The notes below the pieces were generated by a model. It saw nothing but the letters and a program-made list of their open reading frames with translations, did no database searches and was not told the origin of the DNA. Positions 31,881 through 39,507 of a stretch of 64,000 bases of DNA are shown here, piece after piece. How positions within the stretch are numbered: the stretch's first letter is position 1; every line of letters starts with the position of its first letter. Source of the DNA: Prochlorococcus sp. AG-355-B18 (lineage in GTDB: Bacteria; Cyanobacteriota; Cyanobacteriia; PCC-6307; Cyanobiaceae); assembly GCA_003280965.1 (NCBI GenBank), contig QCDI01000001.1, positions 64,001 through 128,000 on the forward strand. Reading direction: 5' to 3'. The position numbers were made by a program, and so were the translations under genes.

Positions 31881-32273
31881 GTTTTTATTGTTAACTAATC
31901 CATAGATACATAAAAGAGGATTCACTATCAAAACAATCCAGAAAGGAGGAGGGGGTCCTCCATCAACAATTGTCCCAGCGTTAAAAGTATTAAATAGAGC
32001 TACTGCCAAAAAACAAAACATCAAAGCTAATTCACCTGATAAAACTTTTCTTAAGGAGGCTTTATCTTTAATGGAACTACAAATAATCAATAAAAAACCT
32101 ATTCCTAAATTACTAGCAGCTACAACATCTGCAGTACCTCTAACAAGAAGCAATGTTTCACTTGAAGCGTTGCCTGCAATAGTTTCCACTGAAAAAATTA
32201 GTAGAGAAATAATTAACAACCCCAACAGGATATGAAGCGCTCCAGTAGTTTTTAAAATATTTTTTAACTTCAT
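31878..32273 (-). CDS. Four-TM membrane protein, paralog of 20580-20975
   Basis: Direct comparison; bracketed by repeats A and B. Confidence 0.8.
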   Translation of the reverse strand: MKLKNILKTTGALHILLGLLIISLLIFSVETIAGNASSETLLLVRGTADVVAASNLGIGFLLIICSSIKDKASLRKVLSGELALMFCFLAVALFNTFNAGTIVDGGPPPPFWIVLIVNPLLCIYGLVNNKN

Positions 32274-32317
32274 AAAAAAAGGAGCTTATTTCCCCCTTAT
32301 TGTAGATCGACTGTCAA
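32274..32317 (-). repeat. Cassette repeat A
   Basis: TTGACAGTCGATCTACAATAAGGGGGAAATAAGCTCCTTTTTTT then ATG. Confidence 0.9.
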
Positions 32318-32371
32318 ATTAATCTGTTTAAAAATATCTACTGTTAATATGAATTAAATTTTTAAATTAAG

Positions 32372-32629
32372 TTGGTTTACTTTAAGAGAGAGTTTATTAA
32401 ATCCCTTAAAATAAAAGGCTCTATATTTTTAATTGTGATAATTATTGGATTTATTTACTCAAGTCCAAAGTCAAGGGTAATTATTGCAAATTCTTTTACT
32501 TCTTCAGCCAAATTTTTAAATGAAACTGTCGAAACAAAAAATAAAGATAGTTGGTTTTCTGAACCAGATTTCGTATTCAGTATTAGGTTAAGATTACGAG
32601 AATTTTTAAGAGGAACTCAAAGAGGTTGA
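32372..32629 (+). CDS. Hypothetical protein
   Basis: ORF track, one TM. Confidence 0.4.
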   Translation: MVYFKREFIKSLKIKGSIFLIVIIIGFIYSSPKSRVIIANSFTSSAKFLNETVETKNKDSWFSEPDFVFSIRLRLREFLRGTQRG

Positions 32630-32668
32630 AAAAGAAATAATTGCCCCTTATTGTAGATCGACTGTCAA
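32630..32668 (-). repeat. Cassette repeat A
   Basis: TTGACAGTCGATCTACAATAAGGGGCAATTATTTCTTTT. Confidence 0.85.
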
Positions 32669-32782
32669 TAATTGAAGTCTTACGTTGACTTATATAGCTC
32701 AAAAAAACGTCACATAGAGTTTGACGATTATGGAAAATTTAGACGAAATGCTGCTAAAACTTAAAAAGTTATTACTTATAAA

Positions 32783-33052
32783 ATGTTTTTAGGTGCATCT
32801 GTATTTTTTATTGTTGGATTCCCGATTCTTGGAATATTTATTCTTCTGGCAATGATGCTAAACAAGTTAGATAGTATAAGTAGATCAAATAAATTACTTC
32901 TTGCCTATATGGTTAATCCTGATTGTATGTTGGAGGCTACTAATTCCGATGTAGTTATTAGTAATGCAATGAAAGCGGCTAAAAAATATAAAGGTGAATC
33001 TGCACAAGTAAAAGAATTTTTTAACCAAATAAACCCACTTATTGTTTTTTAG
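32783..33052 (+). CDS. Hypothetical membrane-anchored protein
   Basis: ATG ORF. Confidence 0.5.
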   Translation: MFLGASVFFIVGFPILGIFILLAMMLNKLDSISRSNKLLLAYMVNPDCMLEATNSDVVISNAMKAAKKYKGESAQVKEFFNQINPLIVF

Positions 33053-33188
33053 TTCCCATTGGGAATAGTTCGGGAAGTGGTGTTTTGTTATTCATACCAA
33101 TAGATATAGTCCTATTCCTTCCCGATAGATAGAGATAGGGGTATTTTTTAGGAGCTATCTCTATGTCATGGGAACTAGGAACACTAAA

Positions 33189-34433
33189 TTAGTTGATATA
33201 ACTACTGTTTGATGACTTCCCTATAGTATTTACTGGGTAATGATCGGGAACTGATAGTTTTTGTATATCTTTTGGATTTAAAGCATAAACACCTTTTTTA
33301 GGTCTTCTTAGCTTTTTACTATTAACCATATTGCCAAGCGTATTATCTACAGTTTTTCTTGCTGCGGAAGCAATATTAAATGCAGTAGTGACAATATCAG
33401 CCCTTCTTACTTCTGTTTGTCCTTGTTTATAGAAATCGCTCATAATTTCAAGAATTACATCATTGCAACTTCCCACTATTTCTTTATCGTCTTCTAGTAC
33501 CATTTCGCACTCTTCCAATCTATAAGTAACACGCCTTCTAGGATCTATATTTGCTGCTCTATCTTTCTTAAATTCAGCAGTTACCCCATTTTGTACCTTT
33601 GTATCTTCATCAATGTTTGGTTTTAAACTAATAACCATTGATGGTTCTTCAGCCCAACTTTTAGCCCCTGCATGAGCACCTCTAGCAGTTCCGTCATGGC
33701 TCAAAATTTCAATATGAGCATTATTAGGTACAGCAATAACGTCTCTTATGACCCTTATAAAATCTCTTACCTGTACATTATCTAAGTAGTTAAATGCACC
33801 AGAACTAATACTTTTTGCACTATCAATAACCACATAATCAATACCTTCATATTGGACAAAATTTTCTAATTTAATAATTCCATTGATATTTCCATACAAT
33901 GCCTGTTGTCCTTGTTTAGAGTCAAAACCCCATACAAATATTTTTTGTTCTTCACCTTCTTTCAATACAGCATCATTTTCAATTCCTAAGTCATACATGG
34001 CTTTTTTAAAAGTACTTACCCCACCATCTGTACAAATAAATAAACTTTTACCTTTTTTACATGGTGAACTTCTATCTAAAATATTTTCACCTTTTGCAAA
34101 TTTATAGGCTTTATATAATGCGTGGGTTGTTTTGCCAGAACCATAAGAACCATAGGTTAAAGAAACATCACCTTTTATTAACCACCCGTCCATTAAATAG
34201 GTAAGAGGTTCAACAGTTGTTAGGTCAATAGATTTTTTTAAAGCAGGTCTAAAATCTGACTTCATGTGATAAAAATATTTCATCACTTTTCTTGTTATTT
34301 GATCGTCAGAATATTTAAACCTTTGTTTTATCAAGCTATAAATTCTTGCTTCTTCATCTTCATCTACCTGTCTAATTGCAGCTAATAAATCATCAATTAA
34401 AAAGGTAATTTTCTCTTCTTCATAAGAGTTCAT
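33189..34433 (-). CDS. AAA_25/RepA-like replicative helicase
   Basis: YLMDGWLIKGDVSLTYGSYGSGKTT Walker A, YVVIDS Walker B, C-terminal winged-helix-like region. Confidence 0.8.
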   Translation of the reverse strand: MNSYEEEKITFLIDDLLAAIRQVDEDEEARIYSLIKQRFKYSDDQITRKVMKYFYHMKSDFRPALKKSIDLTTVEPLTYLMDGWLIKGDVSLTYGSYGSGKTTHALYKAYKFAKGENILDRSSPCKKGKSLFICTDGGVSTFKKAMYDLGIENDAVLKEGEEQKIFVWGFDSKQGQQALYGNINGIIKLENFVQYEGIDYVVIDSAKSISSGAFNYLDNVQVRDFIRVIRDVIAVPNNAHIEILSHDGTARGAHAGAKSWAEEPSMVISLKPNIDEDTKVQNGVTAEFKKDRAANIDPRRRVTYRLEECEMVLEDDKEIVGSCNDVILEIMSDFYKQGQTEVRRADIVTTAFNIASAARKTVDNTLGNMVNSKKLRRPKKGVYALNPKDIQKLSVPDHYPVNTIGKSSNSSYIN

Positions 34434-34697
34434 TTAGACCCCCATTTTCTCATAGGAAGCAATCTTCTTGGCAGCTACATCTTCAGGTACATTTTCAGAT
34501 TCTTTTGTTTTATCAATCTGCCATTGTCGAATAGCTCTTACATTCCAAAGAACATTGCTCTTAGGTTTACCAGTTATATATAGCCAATGTTCACCAGCTA
34601 TAAATTCATTGGAGTTTTTAAGTTCCCATAATAAAGATTGGCTTACGCCAATAAGTTCTGATGTCTTTGCGACACCATGCCATTCAGTTAAGTTCAT
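34434..34697 (-). CDS. Excisionase/AlpA-like HTH protein
   Basis: WHGVAKTSELIGVSQSLLWELK...GEHW; resembles 41847-42107. Confidence 0.7.
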   Translation of the reverse strand: MNLTEWHGVAKTSELIGVSQSLLWELKNSNEFIAGEHWLYITGKPKSNVLWNVRAIRQWQIDKTKESENVPEDVAAKKIASYEKMGV

Positions 34698-35107
34698 TAG
34701 ATTAGTTATGTAATATCGGTAGCCCTTGCACAACTAACTCTTTGCCCGAACACACAGTAAATAAGTAGAGGAGTTTTCAGTTGATAGTTCGGTGGCGTTA
34801 AAACGCTAGCTGATTCTGACGGAACTCTTGCCCCCTTCTTTTTCCGATTTAACGGGAGGTTCTTTAAGACAAGTCGATCGCTACGAAGCCCCTCTGATGA
34901 CTTCTTTCTATTCAATATTATTAGGCAATAATTTAGAACTGTCTAGAAGTTTGTGGGAAAGGCAAGAAGCATAGGGGTATACCCGTTAGATATAGTCCAG
35001 TTTCTTTTACTAGCTATCCCATTCTTATCCCACAACCAAAATTTAAAATTCAAAGCAATAAAAAAGAGAGTCTGGGTAACTCTCTAGTATAACTTGGTTT
35101 TTAAGAG

Positions 35108-35153
35108 TCGGGGCGACAGGATTCGAACCTGCGACCTAGTGCTCCCAAAGCAC
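35108..35153 (-). repeat. att site: 46-bp duplicate of the tRNA-Pro 3' half
   Basis: TCGGGGCGACAGGATTCGAACCTGCGACCTAGTGCTCCCAAAGCAC, identical to 42693-42738. Confidence 0.97.
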
Positions 35154-35269
35154 TGGACACCCCTAGATGAGCACTGGTGTTACAAGCTATAGCTAATTAA
35201 TTGCGTAGTATTGCGTAATTTGTATAGACAAACTATTATAAATATGACATAAATATGACATAAATTTAA

Positions 35270-36520
35270 ATGATTGATTGGACTGCTAGTTTACAAAAAA
35301 GAGCCAGGAAAATTGCAAGAGAATGTGGCTTAGTTGGTCTTACTCTTATAAAGAATGGTAAGAAGGCACAAGTTAAATATAGAAAGGCTGAAGGTTCAAA
35401 AGTTATATCTCAGGAAACAGTAATGCTTGAACATGAGTGGATTCAAGCTAATGAAGATGATATTTACACCAGATTCAGAAATATATGCAAATTAATGGGA
35501 GAAAGTGGTCATAACTTAAAAGCTGCTGCTGTTATTGCTAAAGGTAATGCACCAAAAGAAGGAAAAGATTGGAAGAATATATTAGAAAGTTTTAAAGATC
35601 AGAAAACCAACTTTGGTAATGCAATAGCTGAGAAGACTTGGAAGAAAGATTATAAGTCTTGCGTAATGGCTGTAGAAGTTATGGCTCAAAAGAATCCTCC
35701 TACTAATGCAGCAGATTTAATAGATGTATGTTTAAAAGATTTTGATGCTGGTAGTAGAACAAGACAGATAAGAGCTAGAGCATTAAGTCAGTTTTTAACT
35801 CATGCAGTTACTAGAGAGAATCTTCCTGATACTTGGCTACCTCCAAAAGATTTAAAACAACATATTGGAAGGGCTAAAAAAGGAGAACTTAAAACCCAGA
35901 AGGGCGACCCATTTAGTGAAGATACCCAAATATTAGATTTATTGGCATCATTACCAACCAATGCAGAATTTAAGCGTGATTCTGAATCTGCTACTAAATG
36001 GTTTAATGCTCTTTGCATGATGAGTGAATTAGGTTTAAGACCTAATGAAGTTGGGAAGATGGTTGTTAAAAAAGACCCAGCTACTAAAGAATATTATTGG
36101 TGGTGTACTTATGAGAAGAAAGCTGGTGGTGGTACAACTAAACCTAGAAAAGTTGAGCCATTACCTCTAATAGATAGAGACGGAAAAGAAGTTCAATGGA
36201 ATTTATTAGAAAGATTTAGAAGTAACCTACTTCCATTACCAGAGAAGATGGATGGAGAATCTTGTAAGGATTATTTAAGTAGAAGGCAAGGTTGGAAAGA
36301 TTTAAAAGAAATGATGCTAAAGAAAGAAGGTGCAAATATTGTTCCTTATTCATTCAGGCATTACTACAGCCTTCGAGGTCATATTGCAGGCATTGATTCT
36401 GGAAGTATGGCTAAGAGCATGGGGCATTCAATAGAAGCCCACCATAGAAACTATCCTTATTCTTCAGAAGCAAGTACTACTAACGCATTTAAAAGAGCTA
36501 GAGAAAGAGCTACGGCTTAA
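35270..36520 (+). CDS. Tyrosine recombinase/integrase
   Basis: LGLRPNE (R), YSFRHYY (HxxR variant), MGHS...HHRNY (H, Y). Confidence 0.93.
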   Translation: MIDWTASLQKRARKIARECGLVGLTLIKNGKKAQVKYRKAEGSKVISQETVMLEHEWIQANEDDIYTRFRNICKLMGESGHNLKAAAVIAKGNAPKEGKDWKNILESFKDQKTNFGNAIAEKTWKKDYKSCVMAVEVMAQKNPPTNAADLIDVCLKDFDAGSRTRQIRARALSQFLTHAVTRENLPDTWLPPKDLKQHIGRAKKGELKTQKGDPFSEDTQILDLLASLPTNAEFKRDSESATKWFNALCMMSELGLRPNEVGKMVVKKDPATKEYYWWCTYEKKAGGGTTKPRKVEPLPLIDRDGKEVQWNLLERFRSNLLPLPEKMDGESCKDYLSRRQGWKDLKEMMLKKEGANIVPYSFRHYYSLRGHIAGIDSGSMAKSMGHSIEAHHRNYPYSSEASTTNAFKRARERATA

Positions 36521-36523
36521 TAA

Positions 36524-36566
36524 TTGACAGTCGATCTACAATAAGGGGGAATTAGCTCCTTTTTTT
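36524..36566 (+). repeat. Cassette repeat A
   Basis: TTGACAGTCGATCTACAATAAGGGGGAATTAGCTCCTTTTTTT, 3 nt after the integrase stop and directly before ATG. Confidence 0.9.
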
Positions 36567-36845
36567 ATGTCTCTTGAAACTACTGTTTTTACATTCAAAA
36601 TTAGTGTCCCTTATGAAGAATGGGCTGCTGTTTATGACAGTGAAGAAAATATAAAAATGATGAAAGAAACTGGAATGACATGCTTATACAAAGGTGTAAA
36701 TAAAGATGATCCAACCAGTGTAATTGTCATTGAGCAGGGTGAAGAAGGTAAAGCAATAGCTATGTTTAAAGATCCAGAAGTTAAACCTTTAATTGAGAGT
36801 GCAGGTCATATTTATGATTCGACTGTTATATCAAGCTACTTTTAA
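36567..36845 (+). CDS. DUF3764-like protein (cargo 1)
   Basis: Paralog of 11746-12027. Confidence 0.78.
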   Translation: MSLETTVFTFKISVPYEEWAAVYDSEENIKMMKETGMTCLYKGVNKDDPTSVIVIEQGEEGKAIAMFKDPEVKPLIESAGHIYDSTVISSYF

Positions 36846-36889
36846 TTGACAGTCAATCTAAAATAAAGGGCAATTAGCTCCTTTTTTTT
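36846..36889 (+). repeat. Cassette repeat A
   Basis: TTGACAGTCAATCTAAAATAAAGGGGCAATTAGCTCCTTTTTTTT fills the whole intergenic space. Confidence 0.9.
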
Positions 36890-37180
36890 ATGGAAGCAAT
36901 AGTTATATTATTTTTTTTAGTTCCAATTTTATTTATTGTTTTTCTTGTTTCAGACCCTTTTAAACGTCAACGAGAATTGGCTGCTAATAGAAAGTGGGAT
37001 GGATGGATTAAGGACAGCAAAAAAAATCCTAAGACTTTTTATAAACTTACAAAAGAAGAACAATTGAGTATGGCAAGGTCAAATAGATACGGAACAAATG
37101 AACAAATTGGGAAAAGAGGTGGAAGATATGAAACAAGATATTCTAAAAAAACTGGTAAACCATATAGACATTATTTTTAA
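36890..37180 (+). CDS. Membrane-anchored basic protein (cargo 2)
   Basis: N-terminal TM, GKRGGRY motif. Confidence 0.65.
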   Translation: MEAIVILFFLVPILFIVFLVSDPFKRQRELAANRKWDGWIKDSKKNPKTFYKLTKEEQLSMARSNRYGTNEQIGKRGGRYETRYSKKTGKPYRHYF

Positions 37181-37600
37181 ATGAAACGCTTACTACTCCC
37201 ACTAATAGCAGCCCTCGCTTTACCTACTGCTGTTAATGCTGAAACTTTTTATTTAAAATGCACAACCTTAAAAGGTAGAGGAAATCCTGATAAGCCATTT
37301 AAAACCTTTGCAGATCCAACAGTTGATAATCACCAATTCACATTAAATGAAGATAATCAATCTGCGGTTTACTACCTTGCTGAAAAAGGCACTTCTATAA
37401 AAATAGATAATGTCAACTTCAACCAAGAAAGCATTGATATGAGTTATAAATCAGGAAAAAATTTCTCAGGAGATACTTTTAAGACTATTTCGATTAATAG
37501 ACTAACTGGAGGATTAGTCATGGAATCTGATTTAGGTTTTCAAGTAATGAGGTTTGAGGGTCAATGTAAAAAATCAGAGCCAAAGAAAACTTTGTTTTAA
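37181..37600 (+). CDS. Secreted protein (cargo 3)
   Basis: Signal peptide MKRLLLPLIAALALPTAVNA; INRLTG...GQC. Confidence 0.75.
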   Translation: MKRLLLPLIAALALPTAVNAETFYLKCTTLKGRGNPDKPFKTFADPTVDNHQFTLNEDNQSAVYYLAEKGTSIKIDNVNFNQESIDMSYKSGKNFSGDTFKTISINRLTGGLVMESDLGFQVMRFEGQCKKSEPKKTLF

Positions 37601-37624
37601 ATGAAACGCTTACTACTTGCATAA
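37601..37624 (+). repeat. Cassette repeat B (MKRLLLA*)
   Basis: ATGAAACGCTTACTACTTGCATAA abutting the cargo 3 stop. Confidence 0.85.
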
Positions 37625-37896
37625 AAAAGAGGGTAAAGCTGCACCAAAACCCTCTTGAATACCACACCGTCAAAATCCAATGGCTACATTGAAGTGACTC
37701 ACTTTTATGATAGCTAGAATATTATTTTTGTAGTATAATTTCAATAATTAAATATTATTTAGTGACTTTAAATAAACAAATTAAATATAAACAATTTAAC
37801 GAAGTTTATCAAGTCAAAGCCTGCAAAGTTGGGCAACTATATGATACTTTATCCAACCCACAAGCTAGAAGATTAATTAAGGAGGTTTCCTAAAAG

Positions 37897-38292
37897 ATGG
37901 ATTTAAACGAATTAATTGATAAAACCCACTTCGATTATGAACAAAACGAAACAAAAGCAAAGCAGTTAGAAGAACGAATTTTGAAAGTGCCTGGAATGTT
38001 AAAAGAGTATCTTCCTAAGAGAAAATATGGGGAAAATTATAAAGGCGACCAACTAGGTGTAACTGCATCATCTTTAATAGTTAAAGGAGATAAAGCCCTA
38101 GCAGCTTTCTTAGGACTTGACCTTAATTATTGGAAAGAAAAAGCAAAAGCTGAAGAAGAACGTGAAGCCTACTTAACCGCCTTTAAAGAAAAGACAGAAG
38201 CACTAAGACAAAAGAATCAGGAACAAAGAATGGCTAGAGAAAAAAGAACTATATGGAATCAAACTCATGGTGTAGATCAAAGGAGGTTTTAA
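37897..38292 (+). CDS. Hypothetical protein with coiled-coil C-terminus
   Basis: AGGAGG upstream; first gene of a tightly coupled four-gene operon. Confidence 0.75.
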   Translation: MDLNELIDKTHFDYEQNETKAKQLEERILKVPGMLKEYLPKRKYGENYKGDQLGVTASSLIVKGDKALAAFLGLDLNYWKEKAKAEEEREAYLTAFKEKTEALRQKNQEQRMAREKRTIWNQTHGVDQRRF

Positions 38293-38631
38293 ATGCGTTT
38301 TGCAAGACAGCACCCTTATTACGGTTGGTTGTTTTTAGAACCTGCCGATTATCGAAGGATATATAACCAACTTATTCAAATGAGAGATGCAGATATAAAG
38401 AAGGGGGATAACTCCTCAGGGTTTCCCTCTGGTTTTCCTGAGTGGTGTGAAGATGATATTAAAGAATTAGCCAAAGAAGATAAATATAAAAAACGCATAG
38501 CTACCCACTTAGAGCAATTAAAAATTTCTATTGAAAATAGAAGAAGAGAACTTGCTAACACCTACCTAGCTGAAGAACTTAAAAAGATGGAAACCAAATC
38601 TGAATTTATAGAAAGTTTAGTAGGTTCTTAA
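38293..38631 (+). CDS. Hypothetical protein
   Basis: AGGAGG RBS, abuts upstream stop. Confidence 0.7.
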   Translation: MRFARQHPYYGWLFLEPADYRRIYNQLIQMRDADIKKGDNSSGFPSGFPEWCEDDIKELAKEDKYKKRIATHLEQLKISIENRRRELANTYLAEELKKMETKSEFIESLVGS

Positions 38632-38843
38632 TGCACACAGATAAACCAACTATTTCTTTAGAGGTTCAAGCCTTATCAGAATGTTTAAAGGTTATCGCAG
38701 AAAATGATTACACCTATACAGCGTGTCCTTTGACCATCTCCCTTTTTGCTACTTCTTGGGTCTGGACTTGTAGAGATATTATGGAGAACTATTTATGGCC
38801 AGCAGAAGATTTATTGGAGCTACAACATGGCGATAGTAAGTAG
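38631..38843 (+). CDS. Hypothetical protein
   Basis: TAATG coupling. Confidence 0.6.
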   Translation: MHTDKPTISLEVQALSECLKVIAENDYTYTACPLTISLFATSWVWTCRDIMENYLWPAEDLLELQHGDSK

Positions 38844-39192
38844 AGCAGAACGAAAAAGACGTAGATGTGTTGCTCTCGAGAGATTAACCTCTGGCATGGG
38901 GGTGTCTGAAGTAACCAGAACGCTAGTCAGGGACTACGGAATTACTCGTAGAAGTGCGAATCTGGATATCAACTGGGCAAGTGCTCAAATGATAAAGAAC
39001 CTCGAGAAGTACGAGAAAAGTGATCTGTTGGCATGGCTTGTGACCCAGACTGAGAGGGTATATATTAAAGCCCTGGAATCTAACCAATTAAGTGCAGCTA
39101 TAGGAAGTTTGAATTTAATGCACAAGATTACGATTGAAGCAGCAGATAAAGGAACAGGCAAATATAGATTTCATGGAAACTATAAACATTAA
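38827..39192 (+). CDS. HTH protein, terminase small subunit-like
   Basis: GGAG RBS and ATG 38827; N-terminal HTH (YGITRRSA), C-terminal VYIKALESNQLSAAIGSLNLMHKI helix pair. Confidence 0.55.
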   Translation: MAIVSRAERKRRRCVALERLTSGMGVSEVTRTLVRDYGITRRSANLDINWASAQMIKNLEKYEKSDLLAWLVTQTERVYIKALESNQLSAAIGSLNLMHKITIEAADKGTGKYRFHGNYKH

Positions 39193-39335
39193 TCTCAGGT
39201 GTCTTGGACACGGTTTTCAAAAAACTGGACACAATTCTGCTTATTTAATCTCAAAGTAAGACGTCAAAACCATTGTAAATTCGTTAATCAGTCTCATTAT
39301 TTATTAGGTGTACTGTCCAACTGACAATACTTTTT

Positions 39336-39507
39336 TGTGGCATTGTGGCTGTGGCACTAGGGGTTTTATATATTTACTACCCTTTTCCTATCCATATCTA
39401 TATATCTATTATTTATATAAAATATATGCCACAAGTGGATAAAACCTACTAAACCCAGTTAGGGAGGTTGATTTAGTCTGTGGCATTATCTGTGGCAGTT
39501 TGTGGCA
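39336..39507. repeat. TGTGGC iterons around an AT-rich tract (putative origin)
   Basis: Copies at 39336, 39344, 39350, 39479, 39491, 39501; inverted copy at 39428. Confidence 0.7.

Larger units (their letters stand above)
33053..35107 (-). mobile_element. Remnant of a second tRNA-Pro integrative element (Xis + helicase, no integrase)
   Basis: Lies directly beyond the duplicated tRNA 3' end, same xis-replication orientation as the intact element; left limit unknown. Confidence 0.7.

Noticed and set aside
35108..35153. Second functional tRNA-Pro
   Set aside because: Only the 3' 46 nt are present; D-arm and 5' acceptor strand are missing
36524..36566. Classical integron attC site or canonical -35/-10 promoter
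   Set aside because: No RYYYAAC/GTTRRRY ends or long palindrome; TTGACA and TACAAT are only 7 nt apart
29400..37650. CRISPR array interpretation of the recurring repeats
   Set aside because: Spacers are whole genes of 200-1200 bp, repeats are degenerate, and there are no cas genes
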